From positions 62,001 through 126,000 of the forward strand of contig QPMI01000138.1 of the NCBI GenBank assembly GCA_004431415.1: a DNA stretch of 64,000 nucleotides, in the 5' to 3' direction. The notes beneath the pieces were generated by a model. It ran no database searches. It saw only the letters and a list, made by a program, of their open reading frames with translations, and had not been told where the DNA came from. Shown here in pieces: positions 47,600-60,200 of this stretch. Both the position numbers and the translations under genes were made by a program. Each line of letters begins with the position of its first letter. Position 1 is the first letter of the stretch. This DNA is from Cyanophora paradoxa CCMP329. Its lineage: Eukaryota > Plantae > Glaucophyta.

Positions 47600-49239
47600 G
47601 GGGGCGCACGCGCAGCTCCGCCTCCGGGTCTCCGGCGTAGGCCGCGTGGGCGGAGGCCGGCTCAGGCCGGTAGCTGTAGCCGTGCACGCGCAGGCCGGCG
47701 GCGCGGGCGGCGCGAAGGATCCAGCCGCCCTCGGGGCCGCCCCGCAGTCCCAGCGCCCGCAGCAGGCGCCAGAGGGGCGGCGCCCAGGCTGCCAGCGCCG
47801 GCGGCGGCCGCGTCAGCCAGTCCTGTACGGAAGAGCTCAGCGACGCGAACCGGATGGGCGGGGGGGCGGGACAGGTTTGGATGCCTTGCGGAGGCCGAGG
47901 GCGTGGGCGCAGGGGCGGAGGGCGGCGAGGGCGGCCGGGTCGGCGAGGCGCGCGGGGGCTGCCGGGTCCTCCTCTTTAAGGAAGAGCACCCCCGCGGGGC
48001 GCAGCGGCCAGCCCGCCCTGCGCGTGCGCGGCGGGGCTCAGAGACAAAGGGAAAGGAGGGGGGAGAAGGAAGACGGGGGTACGTGGCGTTGTAGAAGCGG
48101 CAGAGCTGGGCGGGGTCGGTGCTCTGAAGGAGGACGGGTACGGATTCGCTGGGGAGGCCCAGCCGCCGAAGCTCCTGCGGGGGTACAGCTCAGAAGAGGA
48201 AACAGAATAAGCGAGGTGGGGGGTACGCGCACGGAGAGGAGTGCGGCCTCGGCGGCGGGGAGGGCGGCGGGGTCCGGGACGGGCTTGAGCTCGGGGAAGA
48301 GGCCGACGGGCCGGCCGCGGCGCGCGGCGGCGGCGGCGGCGGCGGCGGCGACATCGTCGAGGGCGGCGAGGGGCAGGAGGCCGTCGAAGCGATCGGAGCG
48401 GCCCGCGACGGGCTGCCGCGCCCGCGGCGCCCGGAACTCTTCGAGCTTCAGGTCGCTCTGCGCATGCGGCCCAGCGTCGGCGGCGGCTCAGTATCAGCCC
48501 CTGAGGCGGCGGAGATCCAGGGACCGAGGAGAGCGGATGCCGCAGTGCATATGAGAGGAGCGCACCACGAACACGCCGGTCACGTTGCGGCGCCAGGGCG
48601 GGTGGTAGCGCGCGACCCGGAGCTCAGGAAAGCTGCGCCCGCCCCGCGCGCGCGCGGCGCCGGCCCCGCGTCGGCTTCGGCGGGCTGCTGCGGGCGCCAG
48701 CGCGGGGGGCGGGTTGCGGCGCACAGCGCGTCGGCGTTCGTCGACTCTGAGACGGTCGGCCGGTTCGTGGAAACGAATGCGCCGTCTGCGGCCGGCGCGC
48801 GTCAGCGGCGCGGAGCGGCGGCGCGGGGCCCATCCGGTCCGCGCCGGCGGTGAGGGCTCGAGGAAGTCGGCCCCGAGCAGCGCCGCCAGCCTGCGCGCCG
48901 TGAGCGCCTCCGCAGATCGCCGCGGCGCTCGCGCGCCGCGCGGCGGGCGCGCACTCGAACGCAGCGACTGTGTGCTCAGGAAGGTAGGCCGCGGCGCCGC
49001 TGCGCACGCCGCACGGCCGCTCGGCATTCGGATTAGAGGCATTCGGATCATGCGCTGATGGCGCGCGCGCACCGGTGGGCGGAAACAGCGACGCGGCGCA
49101 GGCCGAGCGCGCGATGCCGGGAGGCCAGGGTCAATCGGGGGCGGACCGGGAGCCGCCAGCAGCGCGCCCGCGCACGCAGCAACGACGGCGACCGCTGCAG
49201 CGAGCCTGCTGCAGGCGCGCGGCCCGGGCCCGCATCCAT
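47600..49239 (-). pseudogene. Glycerophosphodiester phosphodiesterase (GlpQ/GDPD)-like gene, degenerate
   Basis: Exon peptides AVSAHR-GAAAYLPEHTVAAFE, LAALLGADFLEP, DGAFVSTN (second catalytic His missing), RFDGLLPLAALDDV, PVGLFPELKP. The signal-peptide-like frame lacks an in-frame ATG. The C-terminal half is poorly recognisable. Confidence 0.65.
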
Positions 49240-49328
49240 ATCGGCAAGCCGCTCATGATCATATCGCGTACCCGCCCCTCAAGTTTTCCTTGAAAAACGG
49301 ATCGATTGAAAAAAACAACTTCCAATTT

Positions 49329-49359
49329 TTTTTTTTGGTGAATTACCGGCCACAGTCTC
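49329..49359 (-). mobile_element. Ultra-short LINE 3' end (copy C, ~23 bp + poly-A)
   Basis: polyT-GGTGAATTACCGGCCACAGTCTC is the exact reverse complement of the LINE 3' end. TCCAATTT lies at 49321-49328 and 49358-49365. Confidence 0.75.
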
Positions 49360-49381
49360 CAATTTCCAAGTTCCTAATTGC

Positions 49382-52300
49382 CCTCCATTCCTTTTTTCCC
49401 TCGTCTGTGCTCCGCGCTCCCGGCAGCATGGCGCCAGGTCCTTGAGGCCCCTGCCCCGCCACCTCAGCATCTCTGGTGGTCTGGACCGGACGCCTCGGTT
49501 GCTCTCCTTCGGGGCCCGAGCGGTACTTTTGTCGCCTTCCCCGTTCGCGATAACCAGATAATTCCACGGGTGCTGGATTACGTGCCGCGTGTTCCTTGCC
49601 GCCCTGCGGCTTCCCACCCTGTGGGCCTATCCTCTAATTCAATTCTGTCTCGTTTGCTTCCGCTGCACGTTTGCTTTAGCGCTGTCTTTCTCTCTCTACG
49701 TCGCGGAACCCTGCCCGGTCTTTTTATTCTAGGAGCAGGCCCCTCTGCCTTTCTTTCTCTTGATAATCTTGCGTTCACATTTGCTCGTATGCTCCCTCTC
49801 CGCCTCTCATCTGTTCGTCGCTTCTACTGCCTTGAGGTCCAGCGGCTTCGCGATGTGTCCAGCCACGCTCAGATGCCCGATGCTAAGTGGGGGTTTCCCG
49901 GCGCCTTGTCTCCGTCCCGTCTTCCTCATCTTGTCGTCCTTCAGTGTTTCCCGATGCTTTGGATCGATGCTCTTTACCGTTTGCATTTCAAATTGTATCG
50001 TTTGGGCGAGCAACAGTCGCCTCGCCGTCGTTTCTGTCGGGTTTGTAATGACGGATCTGCTCGCTCTCACGCGCACGTTTTCTCTGAGTGCCCGCTTTCT
50101 CGTTCGTTCTGGGATTTCATTCGTGAGCGCCTGAATTTCTGGGCTTCTACTCTTCCACCGGAGGAGCGTGAAGAGGTCGAAGTGCCTGACCTCTCTCTCT
50201 TCCACATCCTCTCGGTTCCGGATTTATCTGGGCCCATTTTGCGCAGTAAAGTTAACCCCGCCTTCTGCCTTCGCTCACTTGGAGCGATCCTTGCTGGCGT
50301 ATTTTCCATCCAACAGGTTGCTCGCGCTCGGTGCGATCTTGAGGAGGTTGACATTGATGCACCTTCTTACAACCGCGCCGCGCTTGTTGCCGCCTGGGAC
50401 AGAAATATGTCGTACCTAGAGTTCACTCTTCCGCAGGCTTCGGCCTTGTTGGAGGAGCGGCGCGCTCGCTTGGCTGTTGCTGACGCTGATGATCAGGATG
50501 CCTCGGATGCTGAGTCTGGTGCCGGTTCTCATCGTTCTAGTTCAAGCTCTGATTCTGACTCGCCCGACCCTCCTTCTTCGGGCGGTGCTGACAACCTCGT
50601 CTCTTCGCGTGACATCGATTCTGTCCTCCGGAATCCTGCGGAGTTCGCCGTTCGTGGGAATGTCCCGTTGGGGATCCCTGGTGGTCGCCCGCCTCCTGCG
50701 CCGTCCCCTCCTGCTCTGGCCCCTGTAGTGACCCATGGGCCCGTTCCTATTCCTGCTCTCGCTGCCCCTCTCGACGCTCCTTTTCCCCCATTCCCTGCGG
50801 TCCCGATCCCTGTGCTCCTTGGCCCGCTGGCCCCGCCTCTACCTCCTCCCTCCTTACAACTTGCTGTCACGGGGCCTCTTCACTTGCCTGTTCCCCGGCA
50901 GGTCCCTGGTCATCTTGCAGCTCCGTACCCCTTCTTACCTCTTCCCCTTGCTCCTCCACTTCCGCCCCCGCGTGGCCCTCTTTCTGACGTCCTCCTGGTT
51001 CAGCCCCCTCTTCAGCCCATCCTTCTTGCCCCCGCTTCTGCAACTGTGACGCCGGGCGGCACTATCTTTTTGCATGCCCCTCCCGCCACTACGCCCCCGG
51101 TCTCTTTGCGTCTGCATCCACTTTCCCGGGTCCGCTTGCAGGCCCCCTCGCCTCCAGAGCTCGCCATCACTTCGGCCTCCCTCGCCTCCGCTCTCGATTC
51201 TCCATACCCTTCGAATAGCCGCCTTCTCTCTCCTCCTCCGCCCTCCCTCCCCCCCTCGAGCTCCGGGTCCTCGGCCTCTGCCCTGCTTCCGAGTGTTGGC
51301 GAGACTGTCCTCTTTTCGGTCTCCCCGTCATTCCGACTCCCTGCTCCCCCTTCGGCGCCTCGGGTCCCATCTGCGGGTCCTATCCCGCTTCCTGGCGCTC
51401 GTGAGATTCGCCGCCGGCGCCCTCGTCGGGCCCTTGCGCCCTCGAGCTCGTCTCTCTCTGCGCCGCCCATGACCCCCGTGTCATCTGATCCGGCGCCACC
51501 TGACCTTTCTCCTGCTTCGCTGCCCTCTCTTCGGCGCCGGCAGCGATCCCCGTCACCTGCTCGCGGCCCTTCCCCTGCGTCCGGATCCGACCCTTCCTCG
51601 GCTCCCTCCTCGCCTCTTCCGCCTCGTAGGCCTCCGCCGCGTTCCCGTCGGCGGATCTCTCGATCGACCCTGGACTCTCCGCCTGCCACTGTCTGTGGGG
51701 TACCTCCGCCGCCGTGTTCGGCGCCGGCTGTCAGTACTTTGCTCGGTAGCTCCCCATCGTGGCTCCTCGGGGGCCTCTTCGTCGTCGTCGTTCGCTGGGT
51801 TCCGGCTCCGGGTCAGATTTCTCGCCGGGCTTACCTTCTCCTGGCTCTGCTCCTGGGCCCTCAGCTCCGGGACCGGCTTCCCCGATCTCCTCCCGGACTC
51901 GTGGTCGTACCCGTCGCCGGCTTGCCGAGCCTACGTCTCCTTCTACTTCCCTCCGGCGGTTTGCCGGGCCGGACCCTCCGGCCTTTGTTCTTGATACCGG
52001 ACCGCCGCCTTTGCCTTCGTCTTCTGCTTCGCTGGTCGTATCCCGCCGGCGCCGGCGTACTTCGTCTTATAGTTTAGTTCGGTCTAGTTCGGATTCTGAT
52101 CGTAGTGTTGATGCTAGAGTTAGTTTCAATACTAGCTATAGTCCTCGTGCTCGACCTGTTGTTCGCCGTCGTTTGCAGTTCGACTGCCCGTCTCGACCCG
52201 GTCGGCTTTAGTGATTCCTTTGACTGTCCTTTTGCCTGCTCTTGATCCGCCTGCTCCGCCTCCTGTGTCCTCCTCGACCTTGTGCCGTAGCTCTGCCCTT

Positions 52301-52679
52301 TCGCGTCGTCCTGCTTCGCCTCCGCCTCCGCGTCGTCTTGTTGTTCCTCTTACTTGTCTGCTTCCTGTTATTTATCTTTCTCAAATTTGTCCTCCGCTTC
52401 TTAGTGATGTAATTCCTTCCGATATTGATGGTATCTCTAGCTCTGGCTCTTCTTTGTGTCAGTCATCCTCTGTCCCTAGATCTGCTCGATTTCTCGTCTC
52501 TTCTCGATCTGTCTCGAGCTCTGTGTCTTTTCTTTTTTATTGTCGTTTTTGGCTCTTTGTCTTATCTTTCTTCGTGCTCTTGTCTTAGTTATTTTGCTTT
52601 TTTGTCTTTAGGCCCCCTGGGCAGCCCCCGCAGTGCTGGTGTCTAGAGACTGTGGCCGGTAATTCACCAAAAAAAAAAA
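49382..52679 (+). mobile_element. 5'-truncated LINE (L1/Tx1-like) copy B carrying the ORF2 C-terminus
   Basis: zf-RVT-type motif CRVCNDGSARSHAHVFSECPLSRSFW in ORF 49378-52077. Poly-A tail. 14-bp TSD AAGTTCCTAATTGC at 49368-49381 and 52680-52693. RT and endonuclease domains are absent. Confidence 0.92.
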
Positions 52680-53409
52680 AAGTTCCTAATTGCTAACGTA
52701 TAACCAATAGCACACCAGACTTCTGCAAGGATCCCGGGTTCGGTTCCTGCTGTTTCCGCTACGTTGTACTTCGAATCCCTGTGATTCCCGATACCGTGAC
52801 TTGTATCCTCGTTGTGTACTACGAGTGGGCACGCCCACCGTAGATCTTTAAAAAATATATTCTGCAAGGATCCAAATTAATTATATTTATAAACCAATAG
52901 CCAATCAGACTCCTGCAAGTTCCTAGGCCTAAGCTTAAGTTCCCGCCTAACCAATGGCAAACCAGACTGCTGCGCGCACGAACGTCCCAAAAGTTGCCAA
53001 AACCGGAATTGCCGTGGCGATATTATTATTTTGCCGCGATAAATTGCCGCCGTGCCGGATCCAGCTGCAGCTGCAGCTACTACTAGGCTAGCTAGATGCT
53101 GCTCTACCCGGTGTCGCGGACTCGCGGGCGAGTGCCACCGTGGCACGTGCACGGTACCGGTGCGCTTCGAAATTAAATTCGTCGCCGAGTCGACGTCTGC
53201 CGCGGTCTGCGCAGTGCGCACAGTGCGCATGCGCAGTGCCTCACTGAGTCACTGTGCCTGCAGGCTGCAGCTGGCCGCGGGCGGCGCCGCGTCCGAGTCC
53301 GACCGTCGGACGGTCGGCGAGTCGACGGCGACTCGGCGCCGGCGCCGGGCGCCGCCGGCCCGCCCGGCCCCGCCGCCGGCGCGTCGACGTCGATCCGACC
53401 GTCGGACGG

Positions 53410-53673
53410 TCGTTGGCGAGTCAATAACGACTCATTGGCGAGTCATTCCGCCAGCGTTTAATTTCGACTATATTCGCCAGACCGGTACCCTCGCGCTGGC
53501 GAATATTTGACGCTGGCGAATTAAGCCTTTGTGTGGAGAGAGGGGTGCCAGCGGCTGACCTCTCTGCGGCGAAGTCGCGGGGTGGCGTAATCAAGACGCT
53601 GGCGGATTAATTTTCGCCAGGATTTCCGGATTTTGGCGAATTAAAGTGCCGGCGAATATTCGTACGTTTACAG
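53410..53673. repeat. DNA-transposon end remnant with (C)TGGCGAAT subterminal repeats
   Basis: About 10 GGCGAA/TTCGCC-type motifs ending in ...GTTTACAG-TA. Confidence 0.4.
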
Positions 53674-54214
53674 TACGTAGTTGCGAGTCTTCTCTCAAAC
53701 TTGCGACTCAGTGACTCAACTTGGCAACTTGCGAGAGCTTGCGGCTCGTTGCAATTGGAGTCGTTGCAAATTTGCAATTGCCAAGTTGCACGTCCCCCCG
53801 GGCCCGCGCGCGCCGGCGCGGCCGGCCGGCGGCCGCGGGTCCGCAGCGACTCCGCGTCGGAGTCCGCGCCGACTCCGATCCGCCGGCGCGGCCCGGCGGC
53901 GACGTCGACTCCGGAGTCCGATCCGAAATCCGGATCCGCGCCGGCCCGGCAGCGCGCCCCGGGCGGCCGGGCCCGGCCGGCCGCGCATGCGGCCGGGCCC
54001 CACGGCCCCCACTGGGCCAGCGCTAGCTACCCCCTTGTACGGTTGTACCGTCTCACAGTGTCACTGATCATGAGATTAGCTCGCTCAGTCCCGAAGTCCC
54101 TCGGCCTCAGGTAGACACAGCTACCGACCGCGGAGCACTTCAGGCGCCTGCAGGCTGCAGCTGGCCACGCTGGGTGTGTGGCTGTAGCTAGGTGTAGCTA
54201 TAGCGCCGGCGTTG

Positions 54215-57200
54215 ATGATGGCCATGGAGCCGAGGAGGGCGCGCTCGCGCCTCCGCAGGCAGGCTCCAGCTCGAGCTCAGGCGTCGGCGTCGCTGGTCGC
54301 ATGTACAGCGGCAGCTTTGTTGGTGGCGTGCTCCATCCTCGCCAGCGTCGCCACCACGTCTGCAGCCCACGGGTTCGGTGCGCATGCGCTCGGAATTGCG
54401 CGAAATCGGCGCGCGCACGGTGTCTTAAGCTTGGCGATGCGCCTAATATATTGCAATTGATGTGCGCGCGTACATTGCTAATCTATATTGTCACACGCAA
54501 GCTCCCAACGTTACCTGGGTGAACGAAGTCGAATATGCGACCCTCATCCCTGAGGAAGGCATTTGGTTCAAGATCGTCAACACTTTCGACCCCAGCTACT
54601 GTTTGACAGGGCCACTGAGCTCGAATACTCAGGACAAATGGTTCGCGGAAAGTTCAAAGCGATCTTTATTGCTCAATCTTGTTGACGAATAGTCGACTCC
54701 GATTTCTAACCGCATGCGCATGCGCAGGATAGTCACAAAGTGCAATGAAAGTGAGCGCTCTAGATATTTATACTAGTTATTCCTTAAACCTGGGAATATC
54801 GTATACGTAGTCCCGAGTAGATGATCACGACAGTACCGGACTTTCAGATCTAGAGTTCTGAACGTACACCCGTTCGTTAACGTTCTCGCGTGCACGTGCG
54901 CAGCGGAGAGCAGCATCTACCATAATGCTCAGCTGTTCACGAGGCGATGTCCCTTTACCGAGACCGTCAGCGGTGGTGTTGTAAGACCTCTCAACCGGGG
55001 GCGTTGCGCGGATGGGTACCAGCAGCAGCGATGTACCGTTCTCCTATCTGGTTCCTGTTACGGGACTGGGTTCGCTTTGCCGATCTAGACCTCGGCCAGA
55101 ATTGATATTGACCGGCATTAATATTTCTCTGCAGCCCGATGCAGGGCTGCAACTGTACAACTTGGGAGGACATACCTGCGGACGTGCTTGCAGTCGCCCC
55201 CTATTCGGTGCTATACACATATTGGGGTGCCTAATCATTACCGTTTTGATTTCTTCTTATAATATTTCGAATTTGACCGCGGCTCAGGTTATGTGCTCGA
55301 CATTCTGTGCGCTGCCATCGCATGTAGTAGATTAGACTGCATTCTCTAGCAGGTATAGCTCTCGACTGAATTCTTCCGACAGCGGCCCAAAACCGGTTGC
55401 ACCAGAGGAAATCCGCAACCATGCAGTGAGTGATTGTACGAGCTCGGGGCTCGCATAGAGTTGTTATGAAACTCATTCACATGCTCAGGCAAGCCAATGG
55501 CATTTCGATTACGGCTGGGATCAAGTTCTCAGGCTTCTGTTTGACGAAACCAAAGTGCGCGCGTATGCGTGATGTATATTCGAGGACAATCCGCTTTTTG
55601 ATACTTTGCTCTGCGGTCGCGCAGGGCACTATTAGAATTTCCCCGCTAGCAGATACAGGTTCTTCCCTTACCGCTCCTCTGGGCACATACGACTATCTCC
55701 GAAGCACAAATATCATCACTGGAAAAGAAGCCCCGTTCACAAACGCTGCCCCGAACAAACTTACTAATCAGAATGGAGCGTTCTGGGTGTCGTTTCAAGT
55801 GGCCAATCTGCGTGCGCGCAATCGCCATCATTGAATATTAATATTGGGATTATAAAATTATCGACAAAAGAGAGCAGAAAAGACGGAACAGGAATGGTTT
55901 ATATGCACCGGACCGCCGTGCTATCTCCCCCCTCCACCGTACATCAAGTGGCCTCAGCATCGACCCGAGCTCGATGCCGGCGACCTCGGTGAGAAACTCG
56001 CCATCTGCAAATGCATCAGCTCTGAAGAGGCTTCAAATACTCACGCGCGCAGGCCTCAATGGCGTGCAAGGACGACCGAACCGGCGCTTCATTGACGGAG
56101 TGTCTGGAGACAAGGCCATGTGCGCGCGCAGCTCTAGACCATCAACAACGCTCTTTATATTCGTTTGATTTTTTGAAACATGTACATGCGCAGCTGGACA
56201 ACTTACATCAAACCGACAGGGTAGGTTTTACATGACTATGGAAATGCACTGAATTATAAAATTAATCGACAAGCACACACCAATATTCGCCAACATTAAT
56301 CAGTATACGGCGCGCACTTGCGCAGGACGAACGGAACGACGTCCGCGAAACAGGGAGGCGGATACACCTGTGCGCACGTGCACGCTGCATCGAAACTCGT
56401 TCTGCTTTTTATACTGTCATCATGACTTCTGTCAGACTCGCACATGTTCGAAACCACGACTTCGGGCACACCTTCGGGCAATGGCACCGTGCAATACATT
56501 GATTCCGCGCGGACGATCAAGTGGACGGGGGACACCTGTAAGCGTGGACCCTACGGTGCGGATCCGGACACCCTTTCGGGATTCTTCATTCGGACGATTT
56601 ATATCCAGAATCGCTAACAAAGACTGAACTCGTAGACTCTTGGTACTGGTGTATGAAATTCTCGTGCGACCTCCGACTCTGCATATTCAAACTAACCACA
56701 GCATATAAACCGCTCCATTTCCAACGCCCCTCTGCAGGAATACCCCTGTTAACGCAACGAGCGTGTATTTCACGTGAGTCTCTCAACGTGAATATAGATA
56801 CAGAACATTCTGACTGTTGCATCTGCGAACTGCAGAACATACCATGAGAAGGGCAAAGTGAGCTATCCGAAGACAAATGACCCGCTTGGCACGACGATAT
56901 CCGCGCCCGGATTCACTGGCGAGCGGAATATGACTTTTATGGTGCATACACACCATAATTATAAACATGGCTACTTTCTCCTCTACTAAGTTTCCTATTT
57001 CGCACAATACAGGCAACCTTCGTCAAGTTCGAGCGCACAAATGCTGGCGCAACGTGGCAGCCCCTGGCAAAGAGAATGGCGGACTTTGCAGAGCTTGGAG
57101 TTTGCGGTAGCGTGACTGTCGATACTTGGATGCGCGATCCGACCTCGAAGACGGTCTGTGCATATTCAATTAACAGGTTTATTGAATTCAGCTTACAGCC

Positions 57201-60200
57201 AGATGCCCGTGTGTGCAGATCGACGTGCACATTGCGTGCAAGGCGCGTGGCTTTCATTCGAACTGGCGGACGGCCGCGGGTCTATATATATAGCTGGGAG
57301 CCTGGGACTCGACTTACAAATCTCTCTGACCTTGACTTTTCCCCTCATACACGCAGAGCCCGATCCTTCTGTCTGACGCTGTGCGGATTTAAAAACTGCG
57401 GAAATAAAGCACTCGTTTTGCCGTTACAAATATTATTTATTAATGCTGATCGATTGTTTTTTCGCAGTACTGTCTCAAGATCAATCGGTAAGCAAACGCT
57501 TGTAAAGGGCGTTCATGTACAGCGAGGCTTTATCCAGTTATACTTGTGTTCCGGTTTCAGGACGGACGAAGTCGGCGGGAGGTGGGGCATGGCTATGCAC
57601 AAGTCCCCCAACTTCCGCAGGGCTGACATCGCCGACACGGACGCGGGCACCTTCGCTGGCGAGGCCGGCTGGCTCGGGTCCGACGCGCTCTTAGGCTCGC
57701 TCACCTAGCCGCTCGCGCCGACACGGTCTCAGATTGCGCAAGAGGCTCCAGGGGACCGACGACGCACTCGCAAATGGTGGACAGTTTCCTCGATGGCTGG
57801 GCAGGCAAGTATCGACTTCAATTTTTGATTACACAGATTTCTCATGCAAGCACGGGTCGCCAGGCACATCGGCGAGACATTCAAGAGCTACATATCTTGC
57901 GGTGCTGAAGGGCAATGGCAAGACAGCGCTACGGAGGTGATCCACGAGGCGAACGTCGGTGCGCCCATTAGTCCCCCCCGGCCACTCGAAATCTGAAGCT
58001 GATTGTGATTTTGGGTGAGCAGATTACTGGCCGGTGAGTGTATTCCACTGGAACCAGTGAATACTTTCCACGCGTTCATCGCTCATAACTATGATATTTC
58101 TTCGATCTGATTGCTCTTGCGTGGCGTGCTAGATTTTTGAAATTCGCGGGCATCTGGGTACGCTCAATTTGTTGAGATTCGCCGACTCGTCGACGAAAAT
58201 GCGGGCCTGCTTGCCCCTCTTTTCTGAATCGGCCCCACGCGCGCAGCCGTTTCGCTGCCGGCGACAGGGGCGTACCTTGCCCACCCCGCCACTGGCGACC
58301 ACTTCGTCGTTGGCACGTTTTCTGATCATGAGCGCTTTGAGGAGACTCCAGAGCTCTTGACACTCGTTTTCAGGGAAGTGCCTCCTGACAGCCATTCACG
58401 GCGTTGAAGGCACTCTGGGGACGTTCAACTTACCTCCTCCGTCGTGTAAGTCAATCGACTATGTACGAAGTATGTACGTATATTAAAGATATATTCGCTG
58501 CAGGGCCTGCGGGGTATGACAAGAATCGGCGCGTTGCCCTTGGTCTCTTCGTCGATGTTGACTGCGAGTGCGCGGGCCATTCTCGCTTCACCGATGATTC
58601 ATAATTCTAATTATTTAAAGCGATAAATCGATGCCTTCGATTTCAACCGACTCTGTTTTGAATGTACAGTGGGTGGAACGAATGGCCCGCGCATGATGAT
58701 TACGTAGAGAGCCAAGCAACTGCGAATTCGACTGGCTGGCGCCAGGGAAAGTGCGTATACGTAATATATATGAGCCAGCCTGATTTGCCAGCCGTTTCTT
58801 TTGCCTAATTATAATTATGTGATGGGTCCATGCAGGCAACTCGCATATTGTGGCGTACGTAGCACGTATTTCCCTGCGCCTTCAAGCATCATACTCACTG
58901 CACTTGTATTGTGCACGTGCGTTTTTATCTGCTGCTGGTGATATAGGACTTCATCATGCCCGGTATGCGAGGAATTAAAGTTCTCTTGCTATCGATCTTT
59001 GTGCACCGATCTCGAGCTCATATGCATCGCTCCGACAGGCACTCCCTTCGAAGGCTGGGTCGGGAACCTTTCATATGTCAATTTTCTTTTCGGTTAACTT
59101 AACGATGTCGTTGGATTCCGCGCACAGGGTATGATGATCAACGGAACCCTGTACGAAAATGCTGGAGTATCTCGCGAGCAGGTGAGCGGGGTCAATGCTC
59201 TTGGGTTGACCTCCGTCGATGTCGACGCCGCTCGCAGGATGCAGCGGAGTTGGGTCCGACTCGCATAGCCGGCAGCATCTTGAGCAAGAACGTCGAAACC
59301 GATGGCGTTGTAATCGGTGCTTTTCGCAACGGAAATCGTGCCTCGAAAGCCGCTTGTGCGTACTAATCTTTAGAGCGCAGTGCATCGCGCAGTCGAAACT
59401 TCGAAGTCCGTCACAGTCACACACACGTTTTGGCTCAAGGATGACGGAAACGCGACGCTGCTCTACATGAATGTCAACATCGATAACAACGGGGCTGCGA
59501 ATGTGGACGTCCCGTACTACATAAGGCAAGCTCCCCCGTTCCCCTCGAGCTGGAGCCCTATTCAAATTCTCGATCGGCTTTATATTATCACTAGCTCACT
59601 TTACACGCGCTTCGGCACCGCAGAGAGCTTGACCCTGGTCCGTTCGTGTACATGTTGACCGCATAACCGAAAAAAGCGGAGAGAGGTCGACGTCGTAATT
59701 ATAACTTTGATTCGGACAGATAACGACCAGCAGCGGGCAATCAAGGCTGGCGATGCAAACGCAGCCTACTGGGTAATAGCTTTCATATCGGAGCTTACTG
59801 CAGTATCTGGAGGCTCAATTTCTGCTGCAGGGCCCTTCACGTCAGGCCCACGATGGAAATGTGGACTATTTCGGTGCGTGAAGTTCGAAGTTATCCGTGA
59901 CGGTAGCCCAGATAACCGTATGCGTGCATTTTATGATCAGATACCGTCAACAAGATCTACTCTCAGCCGGATGGATATGGGAGCGGCGCGGCCGGATCCT
60001 CTACATCCGTAGTTGGAGCCTCGGGCGTCATCCTTGGTGCGGCGTTGCCATTCAATAATCGCAGTTGCAAAAAACTTACAAACATATGCATTCGCAGATC
60101 GGTACGCAAGATCTAGATAGAAACCTTCACGACTGCGTTTTAAAGCCGCAATTGAATCTTGATGATGATTCGCTTCCAGTTGCTTCATCGGCCTGGCGGC

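Noticed and set aside
49326-52680. A TIR-bounded DNA transposon
   Set aside because: The inverted repeat is the LINE's own 3' end plus poly-A, and each copy has its own TSD.
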